Notes: generated by a model not told the origin, from the sequence alone. A DNA stretch of 64,000 nt from Nitrospirota bacterium (GCA_016214845.1 JACRMS010000003.1:24110-88109); one strand, 5' to 3'; counted from the stretch's first letter, positions 9,074 through 18,066 are shown. Translations and numbers: made by a program.

Positions 9074-10791
9074 GACAGACCTCATTCAACAGTCGTCAGT
9101 CCCTCGAAAAGACCTCAGAAGACAGAAGTCAGAAGACAGATAGCTGCACATATTTTCCCCTCTGTTATCTGTCTTCTATTATCTGTCTTCTGTTATCTGT
9201 CTTCTGTCTTCTGTCATTATGGAGCTGCGCCTCCGCCCCGAAAAAAGAAAAAACAGCGGATGTACTGGCAATTGTGGAGGGCGAGCCGATCACTGAAGGA
9301 GACCTTGAATATTCGCTTGAGATAGCCCACCGGAGAGAAGACCTCTCTTCCGCTAAAGGGATCGATATTTCTCAATATATGCAGAAGCTTGTAGACGACA
9401 GGTTGATTGCAATTGAGGCGAAGCGCGCGGGGGTGGAAAAATACCCGGAGGTGCAGAATAAAATCGAGGCATATATTCTGAGGGAATCGGTTGTAAAGCT
9501 TTATAACGAAGAAATAGAAAAAAAGATAAACGTTAGCGAGGCGGACATAGTTGATTACTACAAAAAGAACAACGAAGAGTTCTCCCTCGGCATAATAGAG
9601 CTCAGCTCTGAAAAGGACGCGCAGGACATTATGGAAAAACTGAAAAAGGGTGAAGATTTCAAAAAGCTTGCTGCGGAGAATTCCACCCATGTTTCAAAGA
9701 AAGACGGCGGAGAAATAACGCTCCAGCGAAGGTCCATGGGGTCATTCTTTGAAGAGGCCGCCTCAGGCCTTAAGCCCGGAGACTTAAGCGGCATCAAACA
9801 AAGCGGAGACAAATACTACATCGTAAAATTAATAAACCGGCAGGAGGCCCCTGAGGAAGGACTTGAAAAGGTCAGGGGGAGCATCGCCGCCCAGCTTAAA
9901 TCACAGAAGGCAAAAGACAGGAGCAATGAATATCTTAGAGACCTGCGCGAAAAGATAAAGCCGAGGATCAACAATGAACTGCTTTCTTCCATTAATTTAA
10001 AAGGCGGAAACGAGGAAAGGGAGAAATGGGCCGGGGATGAAAGGCCCCTGGTCGAGATCGACAGCACGACCCTCAAGGTAAAGGACTTTGTGGCAATGCT
10101 TTCATCAAGCGACGAGAACATTAAAGAGCCTGTCCTTAACCGCTGGATCGACCGGAAACTGGTGGATGTTGAGGCCCTGGCCCGGCATTACGAATTAAAT
10201 TCAGACCTGAAGGACATGCTTCAGCGTTACAAAAACCAGATACTCAAAGATGCCTTCACAAATAAAATGCTCGTGCCGCAAATAAAGATCTCGGACCAGG
10301 AGATGACCGCATACTACTCAGCCCATAAAGAAGACTTTGCAAACCCGCTCAGATATAAGCTGCAGCAGATTACCGTTAAAACAAGAGAAGAAGCTGAGGA
10401 CATTTTAAAAAGTCTGAAAAACGGAGCTGATTTTTCATGGCTGGCAAAGACTAAATCAATAGGTCCGAATGCATCAACCGGCGGGACAACGGACTGGCTT
10501 GTTAAAGAGCAGTTGCCTGCTGAGATAAAAAGCATCATTGACACTCTGAATCCGGGAGACATCGGCCCGGTCGTTGAGGCGGATTCTAATTTTGAGATAT
10601 TCAGATTGCAGGAAAAGACCCCGAAAGAGTTTATAGAGTTCAACAATGTAAAACCTGTCATCCAGAGAAAAGTTTTCATGGAAAAGTTCAAAAAGCTTTA
10701 TGATGAATATCTGGCCAAACTGAAGAAAGACGCCCAGATAACAATAAATGAAGCTGCTGTGGAGTCGTTTAAAAAAATGTTCGGCAAATAA
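9064..10791 (+). CDS. SurA/PpiD-like periplasmic chaperone with two parvulin (PpiC-type) PPIase domains
   Basis: Two parvulin-like segments (...ELSSEKDAQDIMEKLKKGEDFKKLAAENS... and ...VKTREEAEDILKSLKNGADFSWLAKTKS...). ATG 9064 overlaps the upstream stop. A hydrophobic segment with lipobox-like LWSC is encoded by a repeat element, so the start is uncertain. Confidence 0.75.
   Translation: MAIRQTSFNSRQSLEKTSEDRSQKTDSCTYFPLCYLSSIICLLLSVFCLLSLWSCASAPKKEKTADVLAIVEGEPITEGDLEYSLEIAHRREDLSSAKGIDISQYMQKLVDDRLIAIEAKRAGVEKYPEVQNKIEAYILRESVVKLYNEEIEKKINVSEADIVDYYKKNNEEFSLGIIELSSEKDAQDIMEKLKKGEDFKKLAAENSTHVSKKDGGEITLQRRSMGSFFEEAASGLKPGDLSGIKQSGDKYYIVKLINRQEAPEEGLEKVRGSIAAQLKSQKAKDRSNEYLRDLREKIKPRINNELLSSINLKGGNEEREKWAGDERPLVEIDSTTLKVKDFVAMLSSSDENIKEPVLNRWIDRKLVDVEALARHYELNSDLKDMLQRYKNQILKDAFTNKMLVPQIKISDQEMTAYYSAHKEDFANPLRYKLQQITVKTREEAEDILKSLKNGADFSWLAKTKSIGPNASTGGTTDWLVKEQLPAEIKSIIDTLNPGDIGPVVEADSNFEIFRLQEKTPKEFIEFNNVKPVIQRKVFMEKFKKLYDEYLAKLKKDAQITINEAAVESFKKMFGK
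9115..9216. repeat. heptad palindrome (CAGAAGA-type / TCTTCTG-type arms) inside the 5' end of the PPIase gene
   Basis: cagaagacagaagtcagaagacagatag ... ctgttatctgtcttctattatctgtcttctgttatctgtcttctgtcttctgtc, with 7-nt periodicity on both arms. Confidence 0.85.
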
Positions 10792-10829
10792 CACACTATG
10801 ATTTAATGTTTTATCGGCAAAGCTAAAAA

Positions 10830-12827
10830 ATGGACCTCCTACATAATCAAAGGCAGAAGGCAGAAGGCAGAAGGCAGAAAAACAAAAACTTCATCCTTCA
10901 TCCTTCATCCCTCATTCTTGTACTTTTATTTGCCGCCCTTGTCACATGCGCTCCTGAACAGAAGGTAAAAAAGGGCTTCGCCCCGAAACCGTGTATGGAT
11001 TGTCACCAGGAAAAACAGGCTGACTTCACCAAGAAGTTCGTGCACGCCCCGATGGCAGGCAATGATTGTGAAGCCTGTCATCTGCGTCACGGCAAACTCG
11101 CTGTCAAGTCTTTTGTGGAAAGGGAGGAAGACAAGCTTTGCTACATTTGCCATAAACAGATGGCGGCTGATATGGAAAAGGCGGCCAATGTCCACACAGT
11201 CCTGAAGCAGGGCAAATGCATACCGTGTCATAATCCTCACGCGTCAGACAATAAATCCCTCCAGGTAAAAACAGGAAGCGAGCAATGCTTTGCATGCCAC
11301 GATAAAAGTTCTTTTATGCGCGCCACGCGTCACAAACCCCTTGATGACGGCTGCCTTAACTGCCACAGCGCACATGCCTCTCCGTATAAATATAATCTCG
11401 TTAAGGAAGAGGGCGAGCTTTGCCGCTCCTGCCATGATTATAAAGCCCCCTCCTTTGCATCCGCGCATAAGGACTATCCTGTGGAACAGTCAAAATGCTC
11501 AGGCTGTCATGCCGCTCACAGCTCTACAAATGACAAATTGCTGAGGGAATCTGTTCATGAGCCGTTAGCACTCGGACAGTGCTCCTCCTGCCACAAACCG
11601 GCAACCGGTCCGGACGCGTTGAAGACAATCGCATCGGACGGTAAGCTCTGTTATACCTGCCACGCAAAGGAAGAGAAGAAATACAGCGCGGCTTACAGGC
11701 ATCCGCTGACGGACCAGGGAAAGTGTCTGACCTGCCATGACCCTCATGCAACTGATTATCCAAAGATCACACTTATGAAAAATAAAGAGCTTTGCACAAA
11801 CTGCCACAAAGATAAACCGAAGATCGACGTAAGTTATTTACATAAGCCGATAAAGGAACAGGGCTGCATTGCCTGTCACAATCCGCACGCCTCCGCAAAC
11901 CGCTTTTATCTGATCGCATCTGAGAAACAGATATGCTTTTCCTGTCACCCGCAGGTCGAGAAGGATCTGCAAGACCCCTACAAGCATGAGCCGTTTTCCA
12001 AAGTTGAATGCGCAAAGTGTCACGATTCACACGGCTCCAATAACTTTGTTATGTCTAAAATACCATTGACTGAATTATGTTATACGTGCCATGACAAGAA
12101 CAAGTACCTCAAGGCCTACGTTCATACGCCTGTAGCAAAAAGACAATGCGGCGCCTGCCATAAGGCCCATACCTCGCCTTACGCGGGACTGCTGAATACT
12201 CCCTACGAACAACTGTGTACAACATGTCACAACAATATGTATGCAGACATTAAACCGGAAGGCACACACCCGTTGTTCAGGGACAAAAATTGCAAGGCCT
12301 GCCACGCCCCTCACGCGAGTGATTTCATCGCGTCAACCGTAAAACCTGAAAAAGAACTCTGCTACGAATGTCACAAAAGCCTGGAGTCAAAAGTACAAGC
12401 CGGCACCCACAAACATCTCCCGGTGGAAGAGGGCAAGTGCACATCATGCCACAGCCCCCACGGGACAAAGCTCAGGTTCCAGCTCCTTGACCGGACAAAC
12501 GAACTTTGCCTCTCATGCCACGAGAGAATAGTCACTACAAAAATAAGGAAGGGACATATATCAATGGAAGGCGGGGATTGTTTGAGCTGTCATACTTCTC
12601 ACTATTCTGAAATAAAAAGTCTGCTCAGCGGAAAAGACCCCGCGCTGTGCACCAAGTGTCACACAGTTGATACGGAAAGGCTGTTGAAGGCGCACAGACA
12701 ACCCGTAAATAAAATCGATCACTGTACAACCTGTCATCTGCCCCATGTGACGGAAAAACCCGGGCTGCTTAAAAATATCATGCATACACCTTTTACCGAG
12801 GGGCGCTGCGAGGCATGTCATGAATAA
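10830..12827 (+). CDS. multihaem c-type cytochrome, 26 CXXCH motifs
   Basis: I counted 26 canonical CXXCH motifs spaced about 20-25 aa apart, often as C..CH.PH.S. N-terminal signal/lipobox-like LVLLFAALVTC. Confidence 0.9.
   Translation: MDLLHNQRQKAEGRRQKNKNFILHPSSLILVLLFAALVTCAPEQKVKKGFAPKPCMDCHQEKQADFTKKFVHAPMAGNDCEACHLRHGKLAVKSFVEREEDKLCYICHKQMAADMEKAANVHTVLKQGKCIPCHNPHASDNKSLQVKTGSEQCFACHDKSSFMRATRHKPLDDGCLNCHSAHASPYKYNLVKEEGELCRSCHDYKAPSFASAHKDYPVEQSKCSGCHAAHSSTNDKLLRESVHEPLALGQCSSCHKPATGPDALKTIASDGKLCYTCHAKEEKKYSAAYRHPLTDQGKCLTCHDPHATDYPKITLMKNKELCTNCHKDKPKIDVSYLHKPIKEQGCIACHNPHASANRFYLIASEKQICFSCHPQVEKDLQDPYKHEPFSKVECAKCHDSHGSNNFVMSKIPLTELCYTCHDKNKYLKAYVHTPVAKRQCGACHKAHTSPYAGLLNTPYEQLCTTCHNNMYADIKPEGTHPLFRDKNCKACHAPHASDFIASTVKPEKELCYECHKSLESKVQAGTHKHLPVEEGKCTSCHSPHGTKLRFQLLDRTNELCLSCHERIVTTKIRKGHISMEGGDCLSCHTSHYSEIKSLLSGKDPALCTKCHTVDTERLLKAHRQPVNKIDHCTTCHLPHVTEKPGLLKNIMHTPFTEGRCEACHE
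10850..10918. repeat. heptad repeat pair (AAGGCAG)x4 ... (CATCCTT)x3 inside the 5' end of the 26-haem gene
   Basis: aaggcagaaggcagaaggcagaaggcagaaaaacaaaaacttcatccttcatccttcatccctcattctt. Confidence 0.85.
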
Positions 12828-14136
12828 GAGCAGAAGTCAGAAGTCAGAAGTCAGAAGTCAGAAAAATGCAAAGCAAGTCTTTTATTCCACTATCCTGACC
12901 ATCTGTTTTATGCTTATTTGGTTTTCAGCAGTCAATGTGGGAGAGGTTAATGCTGAAGCAAGATTAAAATCAAAGATACCGGACCTGTGTTACGACTGTC
13001 ATAAAGAGCTGAAGAAGAACCTGTCGGCAAAGTATGTGCACTTTCTTTTTAAAGACGGGAAATGCATTACCTGTCACAATTCTCACGTAAGCACTATCAA
13101 GGGATTGATGAATGACGACATAAATTCCATTTGCCTGAGCTGCCATGAGAACCTCAGGAACCTTATCCGCAAAGGCATTGTGCACCCCGCGCTCAAGGAA
13201 AGCTCATGCACCGGGTGCCATAACGCGCACAGCAGCGAATACAACCATATTTTGATCGGAGAGGAAAAAACGCTTTGTAAAAATTGCCATGAGAAACTGA
13301 AGGAGCAATTTGAAAAACCCCATGCCTGTCTTCCGTTCAAGGACGGGAAATGCTCCGAGTGTCATAATTCTCACGCGTCAACTGAAGAGGGCCTGCTGCT
13401 TTCTTCATCAAACAAGCTGTGTCAGAAATGCCATCAGCCGCGCTGCAAGGCGGGTGAGGTTTCCATATCGGCTATGGTTAAAGATTCGGATTGCACATCA
13501 TGCCACACAGGGCACAGCTCAAGGACCAAGGGGCTTCTCGGCCCTTACGGCCATACTGATTTCTTAATCAGGAATTGCGAAAAGTGCCATAATCCAATTA
13601 CTGCAAACGCTAAGATCACCAGCCGGCTGGAAGGCCAGGCGCTTTGTTTCAGCTGCCACAAAAAAGAAGCTTCAAAATATAAATATATCGACAATGACGT
13701 TCATGTAAAAAACGTTAAGAATCCCTGCAATATTTGCCATGACTATCACGGGTCAAGAAAGAAAAACCTTACAAAAAACGAAAAGAAAATTTGTAACGGT
13801 TGTCATGAAGGCACGGAGAAAAGGACTGCATCCATGGAGAAGGCTTTAAAGACGGTGAGATGTGCGCCTGTTAGAGACAGGAAATGCTTTGAATGCCATA
13901 TACCGATGCACTCCGACAGGCCGTTCAATTACATAGATGATGAAGACCTGATGTGCGCCAGGTGTCACGAATCTCAGCATAAGATCACCCATCCTATCGG
14001 CGCTACTGTGATAGACCCCCGCAATGGAAAGCCTGTTACCTGCACTTCGTGTCATAGTATGCATTCTGCCATGGCCGAGTTTCTGCTCACTGCCGACAGA
14101 AACAGGGCGCTTTGCATACAGTGTCATAAAATGTGA
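12820..14136 (+). CDS. multihaem c-type cytochrome, 16 CXXCH motifs
   Basis: I counted 16 CXXCH motifs. The ATG overlaps the stop of the 26-haem gene (ATGAATAA). Signal peptide ...FMLIWFSAVNVGEVNA. Confidence 0.9.
   Translation: MNKSRSQKSEVRSQKNAKQVFYSTILTICFMLIWFSAVNVGEVNAEARLKSKIPDLCYDCHKELKKNLSAKYVHFLFKDGKCITCHNSHVSTIKGLMNDDINSICLSCHENLRNLIRKGIVHPALKESSCTGCHNAHSSEYNHILIGEEKTLCKNCHEKLKEQFEKPHACLPFKDGKCSECHNSHASTEEGLLLSSSNKLCQKCHQPRCKAGEVSISAMVKDSDCTSCHTGHSSRTKGLLGPYGHTDFLIRNCEKCHNPITANAKITSRLEGQALCFSCHKKEASKYKYIDNDVHVKNVKNPCNICHDYHGSRKKNLTKNEKKICNGCHEGTEKRTASMEKALKTVRCAPVRDRKCFECHIPMHSDRPFNYIDDEDLMCARCHESQHKITHPIGATVIDPRNGKPVTCTSCHSMHSAMAEFLLTADRNRALCIQCHKM
12829..12862. repeat. heptad tandem repeat (AGTCAGA)x4 inside the 5' end of the 16-haem gene
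   Basis: gagcagaagtcagaagtcagaagtcagaagtcagaaa. It is translated as SRSQKSEVRSQK. Confidence 0.9.
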
Positions 14137-14195
14137 CGGTTGTCAAAAGCTATAGACTATCTGCCCCATTTTCTTGACCGTATTCAAAAAATATT

Positions 14196-14211
14196 TGGCA
14201 TAGTAATTGCA
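14196..14211 (+). promoter_or_regulatory. candidate sigma-54 (-24/-12) promoter of the OmcS-like gene
   Basis: TGGCATagtaaTTGCA matches TGGCAC-N5-TTGCW with one mismatch. It lies ~60 nt upstream of ATG 14270. Confidence 0.55.
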
Positions 14212-14269
14212 GAAATATGCAAAAATATGCAGATGATTTATTATATATAAAGGACTTTGTTGTAAGCTG

Positions 14270-15346
14270 ATGAAATTAATAAAATACATATCTGTTTTAT
14301 TTGCGGCCTTATCAGTCCCGCTTTTTGCGGGTGTGGCAATTTCCGCTATAAGCGGCAATTGCAGCACGTGCCATACAATGCACAACAGCCAGAACGGTTC
14401 GGCAATGGCAACGTACGGCACAGGGACCTGGCAAGGCACAGGTCCTTATGAAGCATTGACCCGCGGCGACTGCATCGGGTGCCATGCATCAGGAACAAGC
14501 AGCAACATTGACGCGGTAACAGGGGCGCCGCAGGTATATCACACAGGCGCCTCGGATGATCTGGCAGGCGGGAACTTTGCCTATATATTGGGGAACAAGG
14601 GCAGCGGGGCCGCTGATTACAAAGGGCATAATGTGGTTGAATTCGGCAACTTGGAGGACACACTGGCTGGCCCGCCCGGACATCATGATCCCATGAATAT
14701 AGGAGTCAGCATCACGTGCTCGGGGATATTCGGCTGTCACGGCACACGTGCATCTTCTGTCCATTTTAAAGGCGCTCACCACAAAAATGTAGACGGCAGA
14801 TGCGATACCGCAAGCGATGTTTACGACAGCTACCGCTTCCTTAGAGGTGTAAAGGGATATGAAAATAACGGCACGTATAAATGGCAAAACAAGGACGCGA
14901 ACAATCACAACGAATACTACGGAGCAGCAACTCCCATGACTTACAGCAGCAACTGCAGTATCTGTCACACCCCGAACGGGATACAACCTACAAATAATAC
15001 GATCAGCGGGTTCTGCGGCACCTGTCATAGAGAACTGCATGTGACTGACGGGATTGGCGGAGATACGAGCTCTCCTTTTACCAGGCACCCGACCGATGTG
15101 GTGCTGCCTAACAGCGGCGAATATGCAAGCTATACATCTTACAGTGTAGTAACCCCCGTTGCGAGAACAACGGTTGCCAGCTCTATCAGTAATACTGTAA
15201 CTCCGGGCACTGACGTTGTCATGTGCTTGTCCTGTCATGCAGCACATGCCACGGATAATTACAAGATGTTAAGATGGAACTATAAAAGCGCGACACTTTC
15301 AACGGCCATATCCGGCTGTAATGTTTGTCACACAAGCAAGAATTAA
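14270..15346 (+). CDS. OmcS-family multihaem c-type cytochrome (6 CXXCH plus one CX5CH)
   Basis: Signal peptide, then [20 protein letters not shown]. Further matches to my recollection of OmcS: GGNF...[16 protein letters not shown]...[18 protein letters not shown] and C-terminal CNVCHTSKN. Confidence 0.8.
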   Translation: MKLIKYISVLFAALSVPLFAGVAISAISGNCSTCHTMHNSQNGSAMATYGTGTWQGTGPYEALTRGDCIGCHASGTSSNIDAVTGAPQVYHTGASDDLAGGNFAYILGNKGSGAADYKGHNVVEFGNLEDTLAGPPGHHDPMNIGVSITCSGIFGCHGTRASSVHFKGAHHKNVDGRCDTASDVYDSYRFLRGVKGYENNGTYKWQNKDANNHNEYYGAATPMTYSSNCSICHTPNGIQPTNNTISGFCGTCHRELHVTDGIGGDTSSPFTRHPTDVVLPNSGEYASYTSYSVVTPVARTTVASSISNTVTPGTDVVMCLSCHAAHATDNYKMLRWNYKSATLSTAISGCNVCHTSKN

Positions 15347-15348
15347 CT

Positions 15349-17154
15349 ATGAACAAAAAGCCTGTCACAGAGAGAAAAGAACAAAGAACGATGCCGGGGT
15401 TTGAAAACTTGAAGATATGGAAAAAGTTTATAAGAGGTTCCCTGTGCTCTATGCCCTATGCTCTATGCCCTATGCTTTTTGCTCTTTGCTTCCTTCTGGC
15501 TGCCGAAGGTTTCGCCGGGACATACATCCAGACAAAGCACGGTACATCTGCCAACCGCTCTGTAGTCACCGCCGGCTATGCATACACTACACTGGGGCAT
15601 TGCGGGCACTGCCATGAACAACACGCAAGCATCGACGGAACTGAACCGACCCTTCCTGCTTCTGAGGGGGCTTCATCGTATGCCTTGTTCATGTCTAACT
15701 ATGGGGCCAGCAGAAACGAACTCTGCTTTGCCTGTCATGAGACATTTACCATATCAGGCATGACCCTCGGTTATGGAAGCTACGGTATCTATCAGGGGAA
15801 GACAAAATATAATGCCTCAATTCACTACTCAAGCGCCGGCATGAAATGGACACCCGATGCTTCGCCTCCGGGGCCCTCATATCCAAGCGGCGACGCGGGT
15901 AATTGTCATAACTGCCACGATCCTCATGGGTATAACGCCACCGCAGGCGGCGCTCCGTATGCGTCAATGCTCTTTGCTCTGGACTCGGCTACAGGAGATA
16001 GTCCCGCTTATGAAATGGGATGCGAGGCGTGTCATGACGGAACACAAGGCGGCGTGACAAAAGATGTAAAAGCACAGTTAAATAAAACCTACGCCCATCC
16101 AACGCATACTTATAATAACCGCCATACCCTGCCTGAAACCGGACAGCCCGGCGGAACAAGTTTCGGCCCGGCAGCAACCAACAGACATGCAGAATGCGTT
16201 GACTGCCACAACCCGCATACAGTAGTCAGCGGAACAACGCATACGGAAGCCACATCGGGCAACGCGGTGTCTGATGTATTAAAATACGTTTGGGGCGTTG
16301 AGCCGACATGGACCGCGATCTGGACCCAGCCGACATCATTCACAGTCAGGAAACCGCCAACATATAATGACGGCAGCCAGTATGAATACCAGATATGTTT
16401 CAAATGCCATTCCTATTACGGACTCGGCACATTAACAAACGGGGTCTCAACGATCACCGGCCCATCCGGCACCGCGATTACAGACCAGGCGTGGGAGTTC
16501 AATCCAAACAACAAATCCGCCCATCCTGTGGCTGTAACATTAAATAACCAGACAGGTTCGGATGCAACAAAGGCACTGGCATCTTCACAAATGTCTTCTC
16601 CATGGACAAGCGTTGGAATACAAACCATGTACTGCTCCGACTGTCACGGGGCAGACAACGAAAGCTCGGCTGCAAATGGCCCGCACGGCTCAGCCAGAAA
16701 ATTCATGCTCAAAGGCACCGGACAATATTGGCCGTACAAATCTGACGGGACTACGATGTGGAGGTTAAATACAACAGACGGCGCTGACTCAAACCTATTC
16801 TGCAAGAACTGTCATCCTGTTTATTCAGGAGGCACCTGGAAAAATAATGTCCATAGCAATGGCAATCATAACAGCGGCAGCCTGACGATAAACGGACAAG
16901 CAGGAACAGGTACGCCTTGTGTATCCTGCCACCTGGTGGTTTCTCACGGAGGCAAACACTCAAGGCTGATAGCTTACGGATATCAGGCAGCGTCGCCGGA
17001 TGTATCTCCCTATATAATCAACGCGAATACTGCGCTGCTGAGAGGATTCAGAAAAGCGGCAACAACCAGCTATACGGAAACATATTGCTATTCTACGTAC
17101 AGCGCGTGTAACAACCATACTTCTTCGACCTGCGGCAGCAGCTGCGACCCTTAA
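15349..17154 (+). CDS. multihaem c-type cytochrome, 9 CXXCH motifs, Cys-rich C-terminus
   Basis: ATG lies 2 nt after the upstream stop. The hydrophobic signal segment LCSMPYALCPMLFALCFLLAAEGFAG is encoded by a heptad repeat. Nine CXXCH motifs. C-terminal YCYSTYSACNNHTSSTCGSSCDP. Confidence 0.85.
   Translation: MNKKPVTERKEQRTMPGFENLKIWKKFIRGSLCSMPYALCPMLFALCFLLAAEGFAGTYIQTKHGTSANRSVVTAGYAYTTLGHCGHCHEQHASIDGTEPTLPASEGASSYALFMSNYGASRNELCFACHETFTISGMTLGYGSYGIYQGKTKYNASIHYSSAGMKWTPDASPPGPSYPSGDAGNCHNCHDPHGYNATAGGAPYASMLFALDSATGDSPAYEMGCEACHDGTQGGVTKDVKAQLNKTYAHPTHTYNNRHTLPETGQPGGTSFGPAATNRHAECVDCHNPHTVVSGTTHTEATSGNAVSDVLKYVWGVEPTWTAIWTQPTSFTVRKPPTYNDGSQYEYQICFKCHSYYGLGTLTNGVSTITGPSGTAITDQAWEFNPNNKSAHPVAVTLNNQTGSDATKALASSQMSSPWTSVGIQTMYCSDCHGADNESSAANGPHGSARKFMLKGTGQYWPYKSDGTTMWRLNTTDGADSNLFCKNCHPVYSGGTWKNNVHSNGNHNSGSLTINGQAGTGTPCVSCHLVVSHGGKHSRLIAYGYQAASPDVSPYIINANTALLRGFRKAATTSYTETYCYSTYSACNNHTSSTCGSSCDP
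15444..15492. repeat. heptad repeat (ATGCCCT/ATGCTCT alternating) inside the 5' end of the 9-haem gene
   Basis: gtgctctatgccctatgctctatgccctatgctttttgctctttgcttcc. A near-identical copy lies at 18153-18193. Confidence 0.85.
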
Positions 17155-17160
17155 ATCAAA

Positions 17161-18066
17161 TCAGAATTTGTCCTTGTGACACGCCACGCAGATTTGTAAA
17201 TTCCTCCCGGCAAGACGAAGCCTGTACTTCTCGCTGGCCCCCTGTGCGCTCGGTTTTTCTCCGGGGATGATCCCTTTTTCATGGGGATTGTGGCAGGTAG
17301 GGCAGGTGATTTTCCCTTCATAATTCAACGGCAGAATTATCCCGTATTTCTTTTCCGACTCCTTCATGGTCATCAGCGTCTTGTCGGATGGTTTGCGCAG
17401 GTGGTTGGCATTTATGGGATGAAGCTGGCTTTGTTTATAGTGGCATCTGAAACACAGCACCTCAAGGTCCCCTATGAGCTTGACTTCCTGGAAGGTCGCG
17501 CGTTTTTCATCAGGTTTTTCAGTATGGCAGTATAAGCATTTATCAATAATAATGGCCCCTGCCTCATTTATCTGATTATGCGGGTCCAGCATCGTGTATT
17601 TTTTCTCGTCATGGCACCTGAAACAGAGCATGGTGCGGCTTACATAAGGGGCGCCCCTTAAAAACCTTTTGTTTAATGACAGGGCGCGGGGATTAAGCTG
17701 GCATTGCAGATACATGTCATGGCATGTAGGGCAGGACACCTTGCCGCCCGGCAGCGGGAAGTCTTTCGGGATCTTGGCCTTTTTTTCTTCCGAGGGGACT
17801 ACTTCTACTGGATGAATGTATGTGCCGGTTGTGTACCCGTGACATTTGCACAGCTGCGTGTAATCTCCGCCGAATTTCAGGAAAGTGTCTCCGCCTTGCT
17901 GGGGCGTCTTCTCGTGGCACTCCGTGCAATATTTTCCTGTGAAGTGAAGGTCGGTTGTTTTAGAAACGCCGTTATTTCCGTTATTGCCGTTTTTTTCTTT
18001 TTCCTCGGCAAACAGGAAAAGACAAGGGAAAATTATCAGGATGATTACAAGGACAATTTTCTTCAT
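17161..18066 (-). CDS. multihaem c-type cytochrome, 7 CXXCH motifs
   Basis: Signal peptide MKKIVLVIILIIFPCLFLFA. Seven CXXCH motifs plus one CKCH. Convergent with the 9-haem gene. Confidence 0.85.
   Translation of the reverse strand: MKKIVLVIILIIFPCLFLFAEEKEKNGNNGNNGVSKTTDLHFTGKYCTECHEKTPQQGGDTFLKFGGDYTQLCKCHGYTTGTYIHPVEVVPSEEKKAKIPKDFPLPGGKVSCPTCHDMYLQCQLNPRALSLNKRFLRGAPYVSRTMLCFRCHDEKKYTMLDPHNQINEAGAIIIDKCLYCHTEKPDEKRATFQEVKLIGDLEVLCFRCHYKQSQLHPINANHLRKPSDKTLMTMKESEKKYGIILPLNYEGKITCPTCHNPHEKGIIPGEKPSAQGASEKYRLRLAGRNLQICVACHKDKF

Noticed and set aside
12829-12862. Tandem short repeats considered as a possible CRISPR array.
   Set aside because: The units are 7 nt with no spacers, and no cas genes are present. 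They are simple tandem or palindromic repeats.
14489-15247. Long antisense ORFs inside well-supported genes. Examples are 14489..15247(-), 19420..20154(+), 6431..6904(-), 30433..30906(-), 31457..31981(-) and 17704..18234(+).
   Set aside because: Each lies entirely opposite a CDS with strong family motifs (CXXCH arrays, AAA+ motifs, SDR motifs and so on). None has a recognisable motif of its own. They look like typical shadow ORFs.
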